Source: Thermovirgaceae bacterium (GTDB lineage: Bacteria > Synergistota > Synergistia > Synergistales > Thermovirgaceae). From it: DNA of 29,781 nt. The position numbers and the translations under genes were made by a program. Where the stretch lies: positions 1 to 29,781 of the forward strand of contig JBKHBH010000018.1 in the NCBI GenBank assembly GCA_046542505.1. The letters run 5' to 3'. The notes under the pieces were generated by a model. That model ran no database searches. It was given only the letters and a program-made list of their open reading frames with translations, and was not told where the DNA came from. The stretch's first letter is position 1. The number at the start of each line of letters is the position of its first letter. Shown in pieces: positions 1 through 8,321 of the stretch.

Positions 1-152
1 TTTTTCCGTGAGGCAACGAATCCGTTTCGTCTAGGTTTTAGGTGAGGCAACTCGGCGACTAGTATCGAAAAACCCTCTCGGGTATAATCGGGGGAAATCT
101 TTCGCAAAAAGACCTGCCATACGGGTTTTTTCGAAGAAGGGATGAAAAGCTA

Positions 153-536
153 ATGGACGTCAGACGTATCTTGATCGGAGCTGCCATCCTTTTGGTTGTC
201 GTGACAGGAGTCATGTACGTATCGGGCCGTCGGGATAAACCGGTTCCGGAACAGGCGGCAGAACTTCCTGCCCTGCTGGAATTCATGACACCTACGTGAC
301 CGGCCTGCAAGGCGATGGAACCGGTGGTTTCAGATCTTGAAAAGAAACATGGAGGGAAGGTCGATGTCAGGGTTGTCGACGTATATGAGAACACGGAACA
401 GGCCAGGGAGTACGAAGTCCGGGTTGTTCCCACCTTTTTCCTCCTTGACGGAAGCGGAGAGGTCCTCGAACGGGTCGAAGGGTACATGAACCTTGAAGTA
501 ATCGAGAGCATGCTGGAAAAACACGGCATCCTCTGA
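153..536 (+). CDS. Membrane-anchored thioredoxin-family selenoprotein (UxxC, TGA at 297-299 read as Sec), 127 aa
   Basis: ATG153 follows GAAGAAGGG and is in frame with the 315..536 ORF. Translation: MDVRRILIGAAILLVVVTGVMYVSG (hydrophobic anchor)...LLEFMTPT-TGA-PACKAMEPVV...VVPTFFLLD. The TGA sits exactly at the first Cys of a thioredoxin CxxC, and the cis-Pro VPT motif is present. Confidence 0.88.
317..331 (+). promoter_or_regulatory. Candidate bacterial SECIS hairpin
   Basis: GGAACC-GGT-GGTTTC stem-loop whose G-first apical loop starts 24 nt after the in-frame TGA; this fits the bacterial SECIS geometry. Folded by eye. Confidence 0.55.
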
Positions 537-571
537 GGAAGAACTCCTGAGTCGGATAGTGTTTCGTCAAT

Positions 572-606
572 GCCCCGGAGCTTTTGCACGCCCGGGGCCT
601 TTTTTT
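572..606 (+). terminator. Intrinsic terminator after thioredoxin
   Basis: GCCCCGG...CCGGGGC stem followed by C and T7. Confidence 0.75.
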
Positions 607-782
607 ATTGTGCAACCAAAAATATCGGGAACAAAATAAACAAAAGCCGGCGTGAAGTTTATTTTGTTTGTCTGGATTGAAGGAAAGACCAATGAAGGGG
701 GATGGGGCCGATAGGTACAAAACATTCAAACAGGAACCGACGGACCCTGAAAGCCGTTACCTACAGGATTTCCCGAAAATAG

Positions 783-812
783 TTGAACAATGCTGCTGCT
801 CGGGTTTATTAT
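783..812 (+). promoter_or_regulatory. Putative sigma70 promoter of arcC
   Basis: TTGAAC-N18-TATTAT, about 40 nt before ATG854. Confidence 0.4.
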
Positions 813-853
813 TATGAAGGCAGAAAATCGTTGCCGGTAAGGGAGAGGGGATC

Positions 854-1813
854 ATGGAAGTCAAGGCGAAAGTCGTTATTGCCCTGGGAGGGAACGCTCT
901 TCAGGAAAAGGGGATGCCGCCGACGGCAGAGGCGCAGCTTGAGGTTGTCGCAAAGACGGTGGAACATTTGGCCGAACTGAGCTGCAGAGGATATGAAATG
1001 GCCGTGGTGCACGGTAACGGGCCGCAGGTAGGTCGCATCGTCCTGTCGCAGGAGATTGCCGCCCGCGAAAACAAGGAAACTCCGGCCATGCCCTTCGATG
1101 TCTGTGGAGCCATGAGCCAGGGTTTCATCGGGTACCAGATCCAGCAGAAACTCAGGGACGCCCTCCGGAACAAAAACCGGAACGTTCCGGTGGTTACCCT
1201 GGTCACGCAGGTAGTGGTCGATCCGAATGATCCGGCCTTTGAAAACCCCGCCAAACCAATCGGACCATTTTTCTCGGAGGAAGAGGCTCGGGACATTGAG
1301 CGGGAAAAAGGCTACGTCATGCGGGAGGATGCCGGGCGTGGATGGCGTCGTGTGGTGCCGTCGCCGATCCCGCAGAGAATCGTGGAGATTCCTTCCGTGA
1401 GAAGGCTTTGGGACACGACCATCGTTATCACGGCGGGTGGTGGCGGTATCCCCGTCATCCAGAACATGGACGGCTCGCTGACTGGGGTGGAGGCGGTCAT
1501 CGACAAGGATCTTGCCGCCGAAAGACTTGCCGAAGACATCGGCGCCGATATCCTGCTGATTCTGACGGAGGTGGACAAAGTCTACCTCAACTTCGGCAAG
1601 CCCGATCAGAAAGCCCTGGACAAGGTCACCGTCCCCGAAGCGATCCGGTATGTCGAGGAAGAACACTTTGCTCCCGGAAGCATGCTGCCCAAGGTGATGG
1701 CGGCCATTACCTTCGCACGAACCTTCCCCGGCAAGAAGGCGATCATAACCTCCCTTGAAAAGGCCGTTGACGCCCTTGAGGGTGACGCCGGAACGGTCTT
1801 CATGATGGCATGA
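854..1813 (+). CDS. arcC: Carbamate kinase
   Basis: VIALGGNAL, HGNGPQVG, GAMSQGFIGY, PAKPIGPF, GWRRVVPSP, GGGGIPV, EAVIDKDLA and GSMLPKV motifs; GGAGAGGGG RBS. Confidence 0.96.
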   Translation: MEVKAKVVIALGGNALQEKGMPPTAEAQLEVVAKTVEHLAELSCRGYEMAVVHGNGPQVGRIVLSQEIAARENKETPAMPFDVCGAMSQGFIGYQIQQKLRDALRNKNRNVPVVTLVTQVVVDPNDPAFENPAKPIGPFFSEEEARDIEREKGYVMREDAGRGWRRVVPSPIPQRIVEIPSVRRLWDTTIVITAGGGGIPVIQNMDGSLTGVEAVIDKDLAAERLAEDIGADILLILTEVDKVYLNFGKPDQKALDKVTVPEAIRYVEEEHFAPGSMLPKVMAAITFARTFPGKKAIITSLEKAVDALEGDAGTVFMMA

Positions 1814-1816
1814 ATG

Positions 1817-1846
1817 AAGCGGGGCCCTTCTTCAGCCCCGCTTTTT
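1817..1846 (+). terminator. Intrinsic terminator after arcC
   Basis: AAGCGGGGC-loop-GCCCCGCTT ending in a T5 run. Confidence 0.85.
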
Positions 1847-2060
1847 GCGGAAACTGCCGTTTTCTCCTAGCCTTATCCCCGGCTGCCGGATCTACTTCGG
1901 TGAAGCCCAACTGCAACAGCAACCGGTAAACTCCCCTCATGCAGGGGGTGTTTTCCGGTTCCGGCAGAGGGAGTCGGCGGTATACTTTTCAGAGAAGCCA
2001 AATTGTATATAATGGAGAAAAGTATATTTGCATACACTGTATAAGGGGAGGAATCACGTA

Positions 2061-3212
2061 ATGAAGGCGGTTCAAATAGGAGCAGGACTGGTCGGGCAAC
2101 TGATCACGGCGGATCTCATGCAGGATTTCGAGATGACCGTGGTCGATCTCGATGAAAAGGCATTGAAAGCCATCGAGGAAAAATATCCCGGTGTGAAGAC
2201 CGCCGTTGCTTCGGCAACGGATGCCGCGGCCCTCGGACCTGTCCTGGAGGACGCGGATATCGTGACGGCCGGGGTCCCCGGGAAATTCGGCTATGAAATG
2301 ATGAAGACCGTCATCGGTCTCGGCAAAAACCTGGTGGATATTTCCTTCATGGCGGAGGATTTTGAGAAACTCGACGACGAGGCGAAGAAAAAGGGCGTTA
2401 CGGTGATCCCCGATATGGGTGTGGCGCCGGGGATGTCAAACTTTCTGATGGGACGTGGAGCCGCACTCCTGGACGAGGTGGAAGACGCTCACATCTATGT
2501 CGGAGGGATCCCGACGAAGCCGGTTCCTCCCTTTAATTATCAGGTGACCTGGTCTCCGAAAGACTGCATCGAGGAGTTTACCAGGCCTGTTACCATCGTC
2601 AGCGACGGGAAACAGGAAGTGCTCGAAGCGACGTCAGGCCTGCACTTGCGGGAATTCCCGGGTGTCGGAACCCTGGAGGCCTTTTATACCGACGGGCTCA
2701 GGAGCCTGGCGAAAAACATCAGGGCGAAGCACCTTGGAGAAATGACCCTTCGCTGGCCGGGGCACGTTGAGCAGATGAGGCTTCTTCGGACCATGGGCCT
2801 TTTTGAAGAAAAGCCGAAGCTCCTGGGAGGCAAGGAAGTGATCCCCCTGGACGTGGCGGCGGACATGCTCTTCCCTCTCTGGAAGATGGAGCCCGAAAAG
2901 GGAGATCGGGACCTGACGGTCATGGAGATTGACGTCCACGGTTTCAAAGGGCGCGACGAGATGACCTGGAGCTGGTACCTGCTCGATTATTTCGATGAAC
3001 AAACCTGGAACACGTCCATGAGCCGCTGCACGGGGTGTACTTGCTCGATTTTTGCGAGGGCCGTCGCGAAGGGACTCGTAAGGGAAAAGGGCGTTCTTCC
3101 TGCGGAGAAGCTCGCGGCAAACGACGAACTTTACAATTTTGTAATTGCGGAACAGAAAAAGCGCAGGATAAATTACGTGGAATCCGTCAAGACCGTTAAA
3201 AACGTACGATAG
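2061..3212 (+). CDS. Saccharopine dehydrogenase family oxidoreductase (L-lysine 6-dehydrogenase-like)
   Basis: N-terminal Rossmann GAGLVG; GVAPGMSN, YVGGIP, LEAFYTDGLRSL and TLRWPGH motifs. Start taken at ATG2061 after GGGGAGG rather than the track's 2028. Confidence 0.85.
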   Translation: MKAVQIGAGLVGQLITADLMQDFEMTVVDLDEKALKAIEEKYPGVKTAVASATDAAALGPVLEDADIVTAGVPGKFGYEMMKTVIGLGKNLVDISFMAEDFEKLDDEAKKKGVTVIPDMGVAPGMSNFLMGRGAALLDEVEDAHIYVGGIPTKPVPPFNYQVTWSPKDCIEEFTRPVTIVSDGKQEVLEATSGLHLREFPGVGTLEAFYTDGLRSLAKNIRAKHLGEMTLRWPGHVEQMRLLRTMGLFEEKPKLLGGKEVIPLDVAADMLFPLWKMEPEKGDRDLTVMEIDVHGFKGRDEMTWSWYLLDYFDEQTWNTSMSRCTGCTCSIFARAVAKGLVREKGVLPAEKLAANDELYNFVIAEQKKRRINYVESVKTVKNVR

Positions 3213-3221
3213 CGATGGGCA

Positions 3222-3261
3222 CGAAAAGAGGGGCTCCCGGGTCATGGAGCCCCTCTTTTCG
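3222..3261. terminator. Bidirectional intrinsic terminator
   Basis: Perfect 16-bp inverted repeat CGAAAAGAGGGGCTCC / GGAGCCCCTCTTTTCG between convergent genes, with A4/T4 at the base. Confidence 0.9.
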
Positions 3262-5679
3262 TTATTTTGAAAGCGTGACCGTAAAGGTCTTGCCGCCTCC
3301 CGCCGGAAGTTCGTATATCTCGTCCCTGACGGCGACCCGGATTGGACCGGCGGTGGTTAGAAGGTCCTTGACGGTGAGCTCTTGGGGAGTAATGTCGAGG
3401 GTCAGGGCGTGCCCCCTGTACCTGACGTGCATGTGCAGGTGCCCGAGCTCTTCCGGAAGGGAAGGATTGAAGCGGAGAATGTCCCCCCTGGCTTCCAGTC
3501 CTGTGTACGCCCGCTGGAGAATATCCGCCGTCCCGGCCATGGCGCCAAGGTGAATACCTTCCGGGGTGGTCCCGCCCTGGATGTCGGCCACATCGCTTTC
3601 AAGGGCTTCCTTGAAGAACTGCCAGGACTGTTTCCGGTTGGCCCTCGAAAGGACCCATGCGTGCACCACCCGGCTCAGCGTAGAGCCGTGGGATGTGCGC
3701 TTGAGATAATATTCGATGTTGTCGGGGATGGTTTCGTACCTGAAGTCATATCCCAGTTCCTCGAAGATCTCCCGAAGCTCATCGCTGGAGAAAAGGTAAA
3801 AAAGCATCAAAACGTCCGCCTGCTTGGATGCCTTGTATTTGTTCGGAGTGCTGTCCTCTGCTTCCAGAACTCTGTCGAGGCGCTGGATATCGTCGTACTT
3901 CTTCCGGTATCCTTCCCAGTCGAACTCTTCGAGTTGTTCGTATCCTTCGAACTGGCTGATAATCCCGTCACCGTGGAAGGGGATGAACATCTTCGAGGCG
4001 ATGTCCTCCCAGTGTTCCATTTCCTCTTCCCTGAGACCGAGTCTTTCCGTCAGCTGCTCGTATTCCGTCTCAGAGAGAATATGTTTCAGCTCGAGGGCCC
4101 GGTTCAGTATCCAAACGGCCATGACGTTGGTGTAGGCGTTGTTGTTCAGGCCCGGTCTGTCCGACCAGGGGTAGCCGTCATGGTATTCGTCGGGCCCCAT
4201 GACACCGAGGATTTCGTAACGGTTTTTCTGGGGGTTCCAGGTGGCGATGCTCGCCCAGAAACGGGCGATCTCGAAGAACATTTCCCCTCCGTAAAAGGAC
4301 ATGAACTCCAGGTCGTTGGTCACCTGATAGTACTGCCAGATGTTGTAGGCGATGGCGGCGTTGACGTGTCTTTGGAGGCTGGAGTTGTCGGGTATCCAGC
4401 GGCCGGATTTGGGGTTCAGGTGGAGCATCTGGCTTTCTTCCCGCCCGTTGCTCCCGCTCTGCCAGGGGTACATGGCCCCGCTGTATCCGGCCCTTTGTGC
4501 GGCTTCACGTGCCGCGTCGATTCTCCTGTAACGGTACATGAGAAGTGACCTGGTGATTTCCGGCATCCGAAGGTTGAGCAGCGGGAAAATATAAATCTCG
4601 TCCCAGAAGATGTGCCCCCTGTAGGCTTCGCCGTGCCATCCCCGGCTCGGGACTCCGACATCGAGGTCCATGGTGTGCATCGAGGTGGTCTGGAGCAGGT
4701 GAAAGGTGTACAGGTGCAGGATTTCCGACGTCCTGTTGCTGTCATTTTCGCTGTGGGGGTAGAAGTCGATCTCGAAACGGCGCCAGAGCCTGTCCCAGGT
4801 TGCTGCATGATTTTCGAGGAGCTTTTCGAAGGACGTCCCGCCGGAAATGGCTTTGGCCGCGTCCAGGGCGCACTCTGACATGGCGTGGTCCCTGGAGGTG
4901 TAAAGGGCGACGGTTTTTTCTACAGACACTTCGTCGCCCTGTTCGACGTCGACGTTGAATATGTGGGCGATGTAACCGCTTTCTTCGAAACATGTCCTTT
5001 TGGGGTTCAGCTGTTCTCCGTTCATTTGCACGATGGTTCTGGCGGCCTCGGCGATCTCGAGCTTCGACTGGGTGGTCTTCACCTTCAGGAGGATGCCTTC
5101 GGCGTCGAGTTCCTTCGTTTCGACAGGCAGAAGGTGGCGGCTGTTCAGTGCCCGGTATCGTGGGACACCGTCGTTGATGACAGTGCCGTCGAGGGCCGAC
5201 TTGAACTGGATCGTCCCGGCCCAGTTTTCCGCCGTCAAGGTGGTCTGCTGGGCAGCGAGATGGGGAAAGGTCATGTGCACGATCCGCCTGGTTTTGAGGA
5301 CGCAGATGCGTCCCTGGCTGTCCTCGAAGCGGACGAACCGCTGGAGGACGCCGCTTCGGATGTCAAGCTCCTGCCTGTAGGAATGTATTGTGACCTCTCT
5401 CAGGTCGAACCAGGGAGACTGCGGGAGCCTGAATTTCAGCGTCAGCCAGTTGGGCAGGTTGACCAAATCCTCATTTTCGATGGTGTGGCCGGCTATCTCA
5501 GTTTTCAGGCGATTGTACCCGCCGGCAAGGTACGTCCCCGGGTAATGGACTCCATTGGCGTCAGATTCCGCGGCGGCGCCCCTGGTTGCAAAATAGCCGT
5601 TTCCGAGGGTGCACAGGGCCTCCCGGAGCTTTTCGTTTTCAGGGTCGAATCCTTCATAAGTGAACATCCAGGAACTCAT
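3262..5679 (-). CDS. Glycoside hydrolase family 65 alpha-glucoside phosphorylase (trehalose / trehalose-6-phosphate phosphorylase-like)
   Basis: REALCTLGNGY, GEAYRGHIFWDE, GAMYPWQS, VMGPDEYH (catalytic Glu), KQADVLML, HGSTLS and GIHLGAMAG motifs. Confidence 0.93.
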   Translation of the reverse strand: MSSWMFTYEGFDPENEKLREALCTLGNGYFATRGAAAESDANGVHYPGTYLAGGYNRLKTEIAGHTIENEDLVNLPNWLTLKFRLPQSPWFDLREVTIHSYRQELDIRSGVLQRFVRFEDSQGRICVLKTRRIVHMTFPHLAAQQTTLTAENWAGTIQFKSALDGTVINDGVPRYRALNSRHLLPVETKELDAEGILLKVKTTQSKLEIAEAARTIVQMNGEQLNPKRTCFEESGYIAHIFNVDVEQGDEVSVEKTVALYTSRDHAMSECALDAAKAISGGTSFEKLLENHAATWDRLWRRFEIDFYPHSENDSNRTSEILHLYTFHLLQTTSMHTMDLDVGVPSRGWHGEAYRGHIFWDEIYIFPLLNLRMPEITRSLLMYRYRRIDAAREAAQRAGYSGAMYPWQSGSNGREESQMLHLNPKSGRWIPDNSSLQRHVNAAIAYNIWQYYQVTNDLEFMSFYGGEMFFEIARFWASIATWNPQKNRYEILGVMGPDEYHDGYPWSDRPGLNNNAYTNVMAVWILNRALELKHILSETEYEQLTERLGLREEEMEHWEDIASKMFIPFHGDGIISQFEGYEQLEEFDWEGYRKKYDDIQRLDRVLEAEDSTPNKYKASKQADVLMLFYLFSSDELREIFEELGYDFRYETIPDNIEYYLKRTSHGSTLSRVVHAWVLSRANRKQSWQFFKEALESDVADIQGGTTPEGIHLGAMAGTADILQRAYTGLEARGDILRFNPSLPEELGHLHMHVRYRGHALTLDITPQELTVKDLLTTAGPIRVAVRDEIYELPAGGGKTFTVTLSK

Positions 5680-5683
5680 TCTC

Positions 5684-7267
5684 TCACTCCTTTTTCAGGT
5701 GTTGCCGAAGTTTCTCGAGAAACGACCGGACCGAACCCGTGTCGGGCAGGCTGTAGCGGGCCGAGGTCTCTTCGCGCGGGGCCTTTCCTTCGGTGACCAC
5801 GATGCCTATGCCCCTTTCGCGGATGACCGCAAAGGCGTCTTCGTCAGTGGTGTCGTCGCCGAAATACATGGGCAGCGTTTCGTGCATCCTGAAGCCGAGG
5901 GCGTCCAGCAGCCAGAGGAGGGCTTTCCCCTTGTCCCAGTCCAGGTCGGGGCGCAGTTCGAAGACTTTTTTCCCGGACCCCTTGATGAGGCCTTCATGGC
6001 GAGAGAGGACTTCGTCCACGGCGGCTTCTACCTGGGGGATCTCCCTGTTGGCCACAAGTCGGTAATGAATGGCGATGGAGTATTTCTTCCGTTCCACGGC
6101 GGCTCCGGATATATCCGAGACAAGATCCCGCAACCGGGATTCGGCCGAATCAAGAGTGGGCAGAAACTCATCGCCTTGTTGGAAGGAGAGGTCCAGGCCT
6201 TTTGGGCCGGAAATGTCAAAACCGTGACTCCCTGCGTATACGAGGCTGTCGATGCCGACGAGGCTTCTGACGTCCTTGAGGTCCCTGCCGCTGATAACGA
6301 CGAGCGTGCAGGATTTGGAAAGTTCTTCCACCGTTTCCCGGGTTTCGGGCGGGATGACGGCGTCTTCGGGGCGGTCGACGATGGGTGTGAGCGTGCCGTC
6401 GTAGTCCAGGGCCACAAATGGTCTTAGTCCTTCCAGCTGCGCTGTGATTCTTTCGAAGTTTTCCATGGCCGACGGGAGGCTTTCGATGGCTGCCGAAGCC
6501 CGGGGGCGTTCTCCGTTGACCGTCACCTGAGAAAGGTCGGTGACGATCCGATCGGCGCCCCGGCGCAGGAGTTCTTCTCCGTGCCCTGTCCTGTCAACGC
6601 CGATGACGAGTCCGAAGCCGCCTTTTTTGCCGGCTGCAACGCCGGATTCGGCGTCTTCGAAGACCACGGCCCTTTCGGGCGGTGTGCCGATTTCACGGGC
6701 GGCCTTGAGGAAAATGTCGGGGTCAGGTTTGCCCTTGAGCCCCTCGCTTTCTATGTGGGTTCCGTCGACCCTCGTATCAAAAAGCTCCTGGAGTCCCGCA
6801 ATTTCAAGGACGGCTTGTCCGTTCTTGCTGGAGGTCACTACCGCCGTCTTGAACCCCTTTGCCCTGAGCATGGCGATCAGAGCCGTGGCCGACTCAAAAA
6901 CTGTGACGCCGTCTTTTTTGAGCATTTCATGAAAATAGCCGTTTTTCCTGTTTCCGAGGCCGCAGACCGTTTCCGCTTCAGGCGGGTCCTCGGGAGATCC
7001 CCAGGGCAGGTCGATCCGCCTTGATTCGAGAAAGCTTTTGACTCCTTCGTAGCGAGGTTTTCCGTCAACATACCGCACGTAATCGGTGGAGATGTCGAAG
7101 GGCTTCCAGTCTTTTCCTTTACTGCGTTTTTCAAGGTATTCGTCGAACAGCTTTTTCCATGAAGCGGCGTGAACCTTCGCCGTTTGGGTGATGACGCCGT
7201 CAAGGTCGAACAGGACCGCGTCAAACTCTTCATTGCCGATATTTACGTCAATTTTCGCGTCTTTCAT
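5684..7267 (-). CDS. otsB: Fusion of beta-phosphoglucomutase-like HAD domain and trehalose-6-phosphate phosphatase (OtsB) domain
   Basis: N-domain: FDLDGVIT, GKPDPDIF, VFEDAESG. C-domain: ALDYDGTLTPI, ISGR, YAGSHG, FELRP-WDKGKA, FGDDTTDEDAF. ATG7267 follows AAGGAGG; 4-nt gap to the GH65 gene. Confidence 0.9.
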   Translation of the reverse strand: MKDAKIDVNIGNEEFDAVLFDLDGVITQTAKVHAASWKKLFDEYLEKRSKGKDWKPFDISTDYVRYVDGKPRYEGVKSFLESRRIDLPWGSPEDPPEAETVCGLGNRKNGYFHEMLKKDGVTVFESATALIAMLRAKGFKTAVVTSSKNGQAVLEIAGLQELFDTRVDGTHIESEGLKGKPDPDIFLKAAREIGTPPERAVVFEDAESGVAAGKKGGFGLVIGVDRTGHGEELLRRGADRIVTDLSQVTVNGERPRASAAIESLPSAMENFERITAQLEGLRPFVALDYDGTLTPIVDRPEDAVIPPETRETVEELSKSCTLVVISGRDLKDVRSLVGIDSLVYAGSHGFDISGPKGLDLSFQQGDEFLPTLDSAESRLRDLVSDISGAAVERKKYSIAIHYRLVANREIPQVEAAVDEVLSRHEGLIKGSGKKVFELRPDLDWDKGKALLWLLDALGFRMHETLPMYFGDDTTDEDAFAVIRERGIGIVVTEGKAPREETSARYSLPDTGSVRSFLEKLRQHLKKE

Positions 7268-7445
7268 GTTTGTCCTCCTTTGCAGGGGCTTTACCGCCTG
7301 CATCCGTTGGCTGTCACAGCCGATTGGGCATAGGAGCGATTATCCTCTATATTCGGGCTCGCATGGCCATATGGTAATGGAACAGCAAGGTACGATCAAA
7401 AGGATGGTCGATGTTTCCCAGGGTTCACGGTTTGGGCACAGTGGC

Positions 7446-8045
7446 TCAGTCGCGCTTTTTCAAAAAGGGAAACCCCTTTCTGCGAAATATCAAGGTCCCC
7501 AGAACCAGTGTTGACATTGTCCAGGCAAGCACGTTCATGGGCAGGTGCTCGAAATCGACTCCGATCATGATGGCATGGGCGCTGACAAGGAAAAAAGCAA
7601 TGTAATTCAAGGTGTGGATGGCTTTCCACCAGGGGATGGAACGGCTGAATCGGGCTGTGGCGGCGGTAAGGATGAAAAGGTAAATGGCGGCCCTGCCACC
7701 GAAAGCGAGAAAGCCTTGCAAGGAGTCCGTTTCAGGTATAAAAACGCCGGGGTCCTTCATGTACAGGCTGTAGGCCGAGGCATGGATGACCATGAGCGAC
7801 AGTGCCGCGACAGCAAAAAGATGATGGACAGGCAAAAAGGGCTTACCGATGATCTTGTTGAGCTTTCTGGTGAACGCCGAGGCCATTATGGCGAAAAAGG
7901 ACGAAAAATAGCCAAGAATCCCGGCACCTCGCACAATGGCATAAAGCCATGAACCGGGGGGGATGAGAAAAAATAGATATGCAGTAACAGCCAGCGGCAA
8001 GGTACTTACAAAGCCGAGGAAAAGCCGATATCTTCGTGTGTTCAT
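7446..8045 (-). CDS. Ferric-reductase-like transmembrane (di-heme cytochrome b, MsrQ-like) protein
   Basis: About six hydrophobic segments with paired His in VHHLFAVAALSLMVIHA and WKAIHTLNYIAFFLVSAHA; ATG8045 after AGGGGG. Confidence 0.75.
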   Translation of the reverse strand: MNTRRYRLFLGFVSTLPLAVTAYLFFLIPPGSWLYAIVRGAGILGYFSSFFAIMASAFTRKLNKIIGKPFLPVHHLFAVAALSLMVIHASAYSLYMKDPGVFIPETDSLQGFLAFGGRAAIYLFILTAATARFSRSIPWWKAIHTLNYIAFFLVSAHAIMIGVDFEHLPMNVLAWTMSTLVLGTLIFRRKGFPFLKKRD

Positions 8046-8321
8046 ATAAATCCCCCTTGCCGGTATGACTACGCTTGTTCCGCCTATCAGTGTATCAAAA
8101 GACTGTCGAAGCGAACAATTGGCTATTGGAAGGGTTGGTTTGCAGGCTCCATCAAAGGGGGAGTGATAAAGTTCAAATGCGAAAATGCGGTTTTGCGACA
8201 TGCAATGTGATGTACAATTGCACGTTTTTTTCAAAACGCCAGGACCAGGTCGATCCTCCCGGCCCTTTTGAGGATCGTCGTTTTTACTGGGGTCCGGCAG
8301 GTTCCGGTTCGTGCCGGTTGG

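Noticed and set aside
8..51. Two 10-bp repeats considered as a CRISPR remnant
   Set aside because: Repeats are too short, only two copies, and no cas genes are present.
89..120. AGACCTGCC resembling the 3' end of a cobalamin riboswitch
   Set aside because: The other core elements (GGTG...AATCC, GCAACTGT, GCCACTG, GGGAAG) are missing.
142..153. Three-codon mini-ORF (MKS) whose stop overlaps the thioredoxin ATG
   Set aside because: The purine tract is too close to ATG142 to serve as its RBS; likely chance.
59..729. Minus-strand ORFs over the thioredoxin, and a pseudogene interpretation of the TGA
   Set aside because: The plus frame gives a complete thioredoxin; the single TGA falls exactly on the catalytic position with no other lesions.
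3382..6427. Long plus-strand ORFs (388, 303 and 255 aa) over GH65/otsB
   Set aside because: Antisense shadows of well-supported GC-rich genes; no recognisable motifs.
8060..8160. Minus-strand GATGGAG...AAACC...CTGAT resembling a fluoride riboswitch
   Set aside because: No pseudoknot-pairing CTCC after CTGAT, spacing too long, and no fluoride-related gene.
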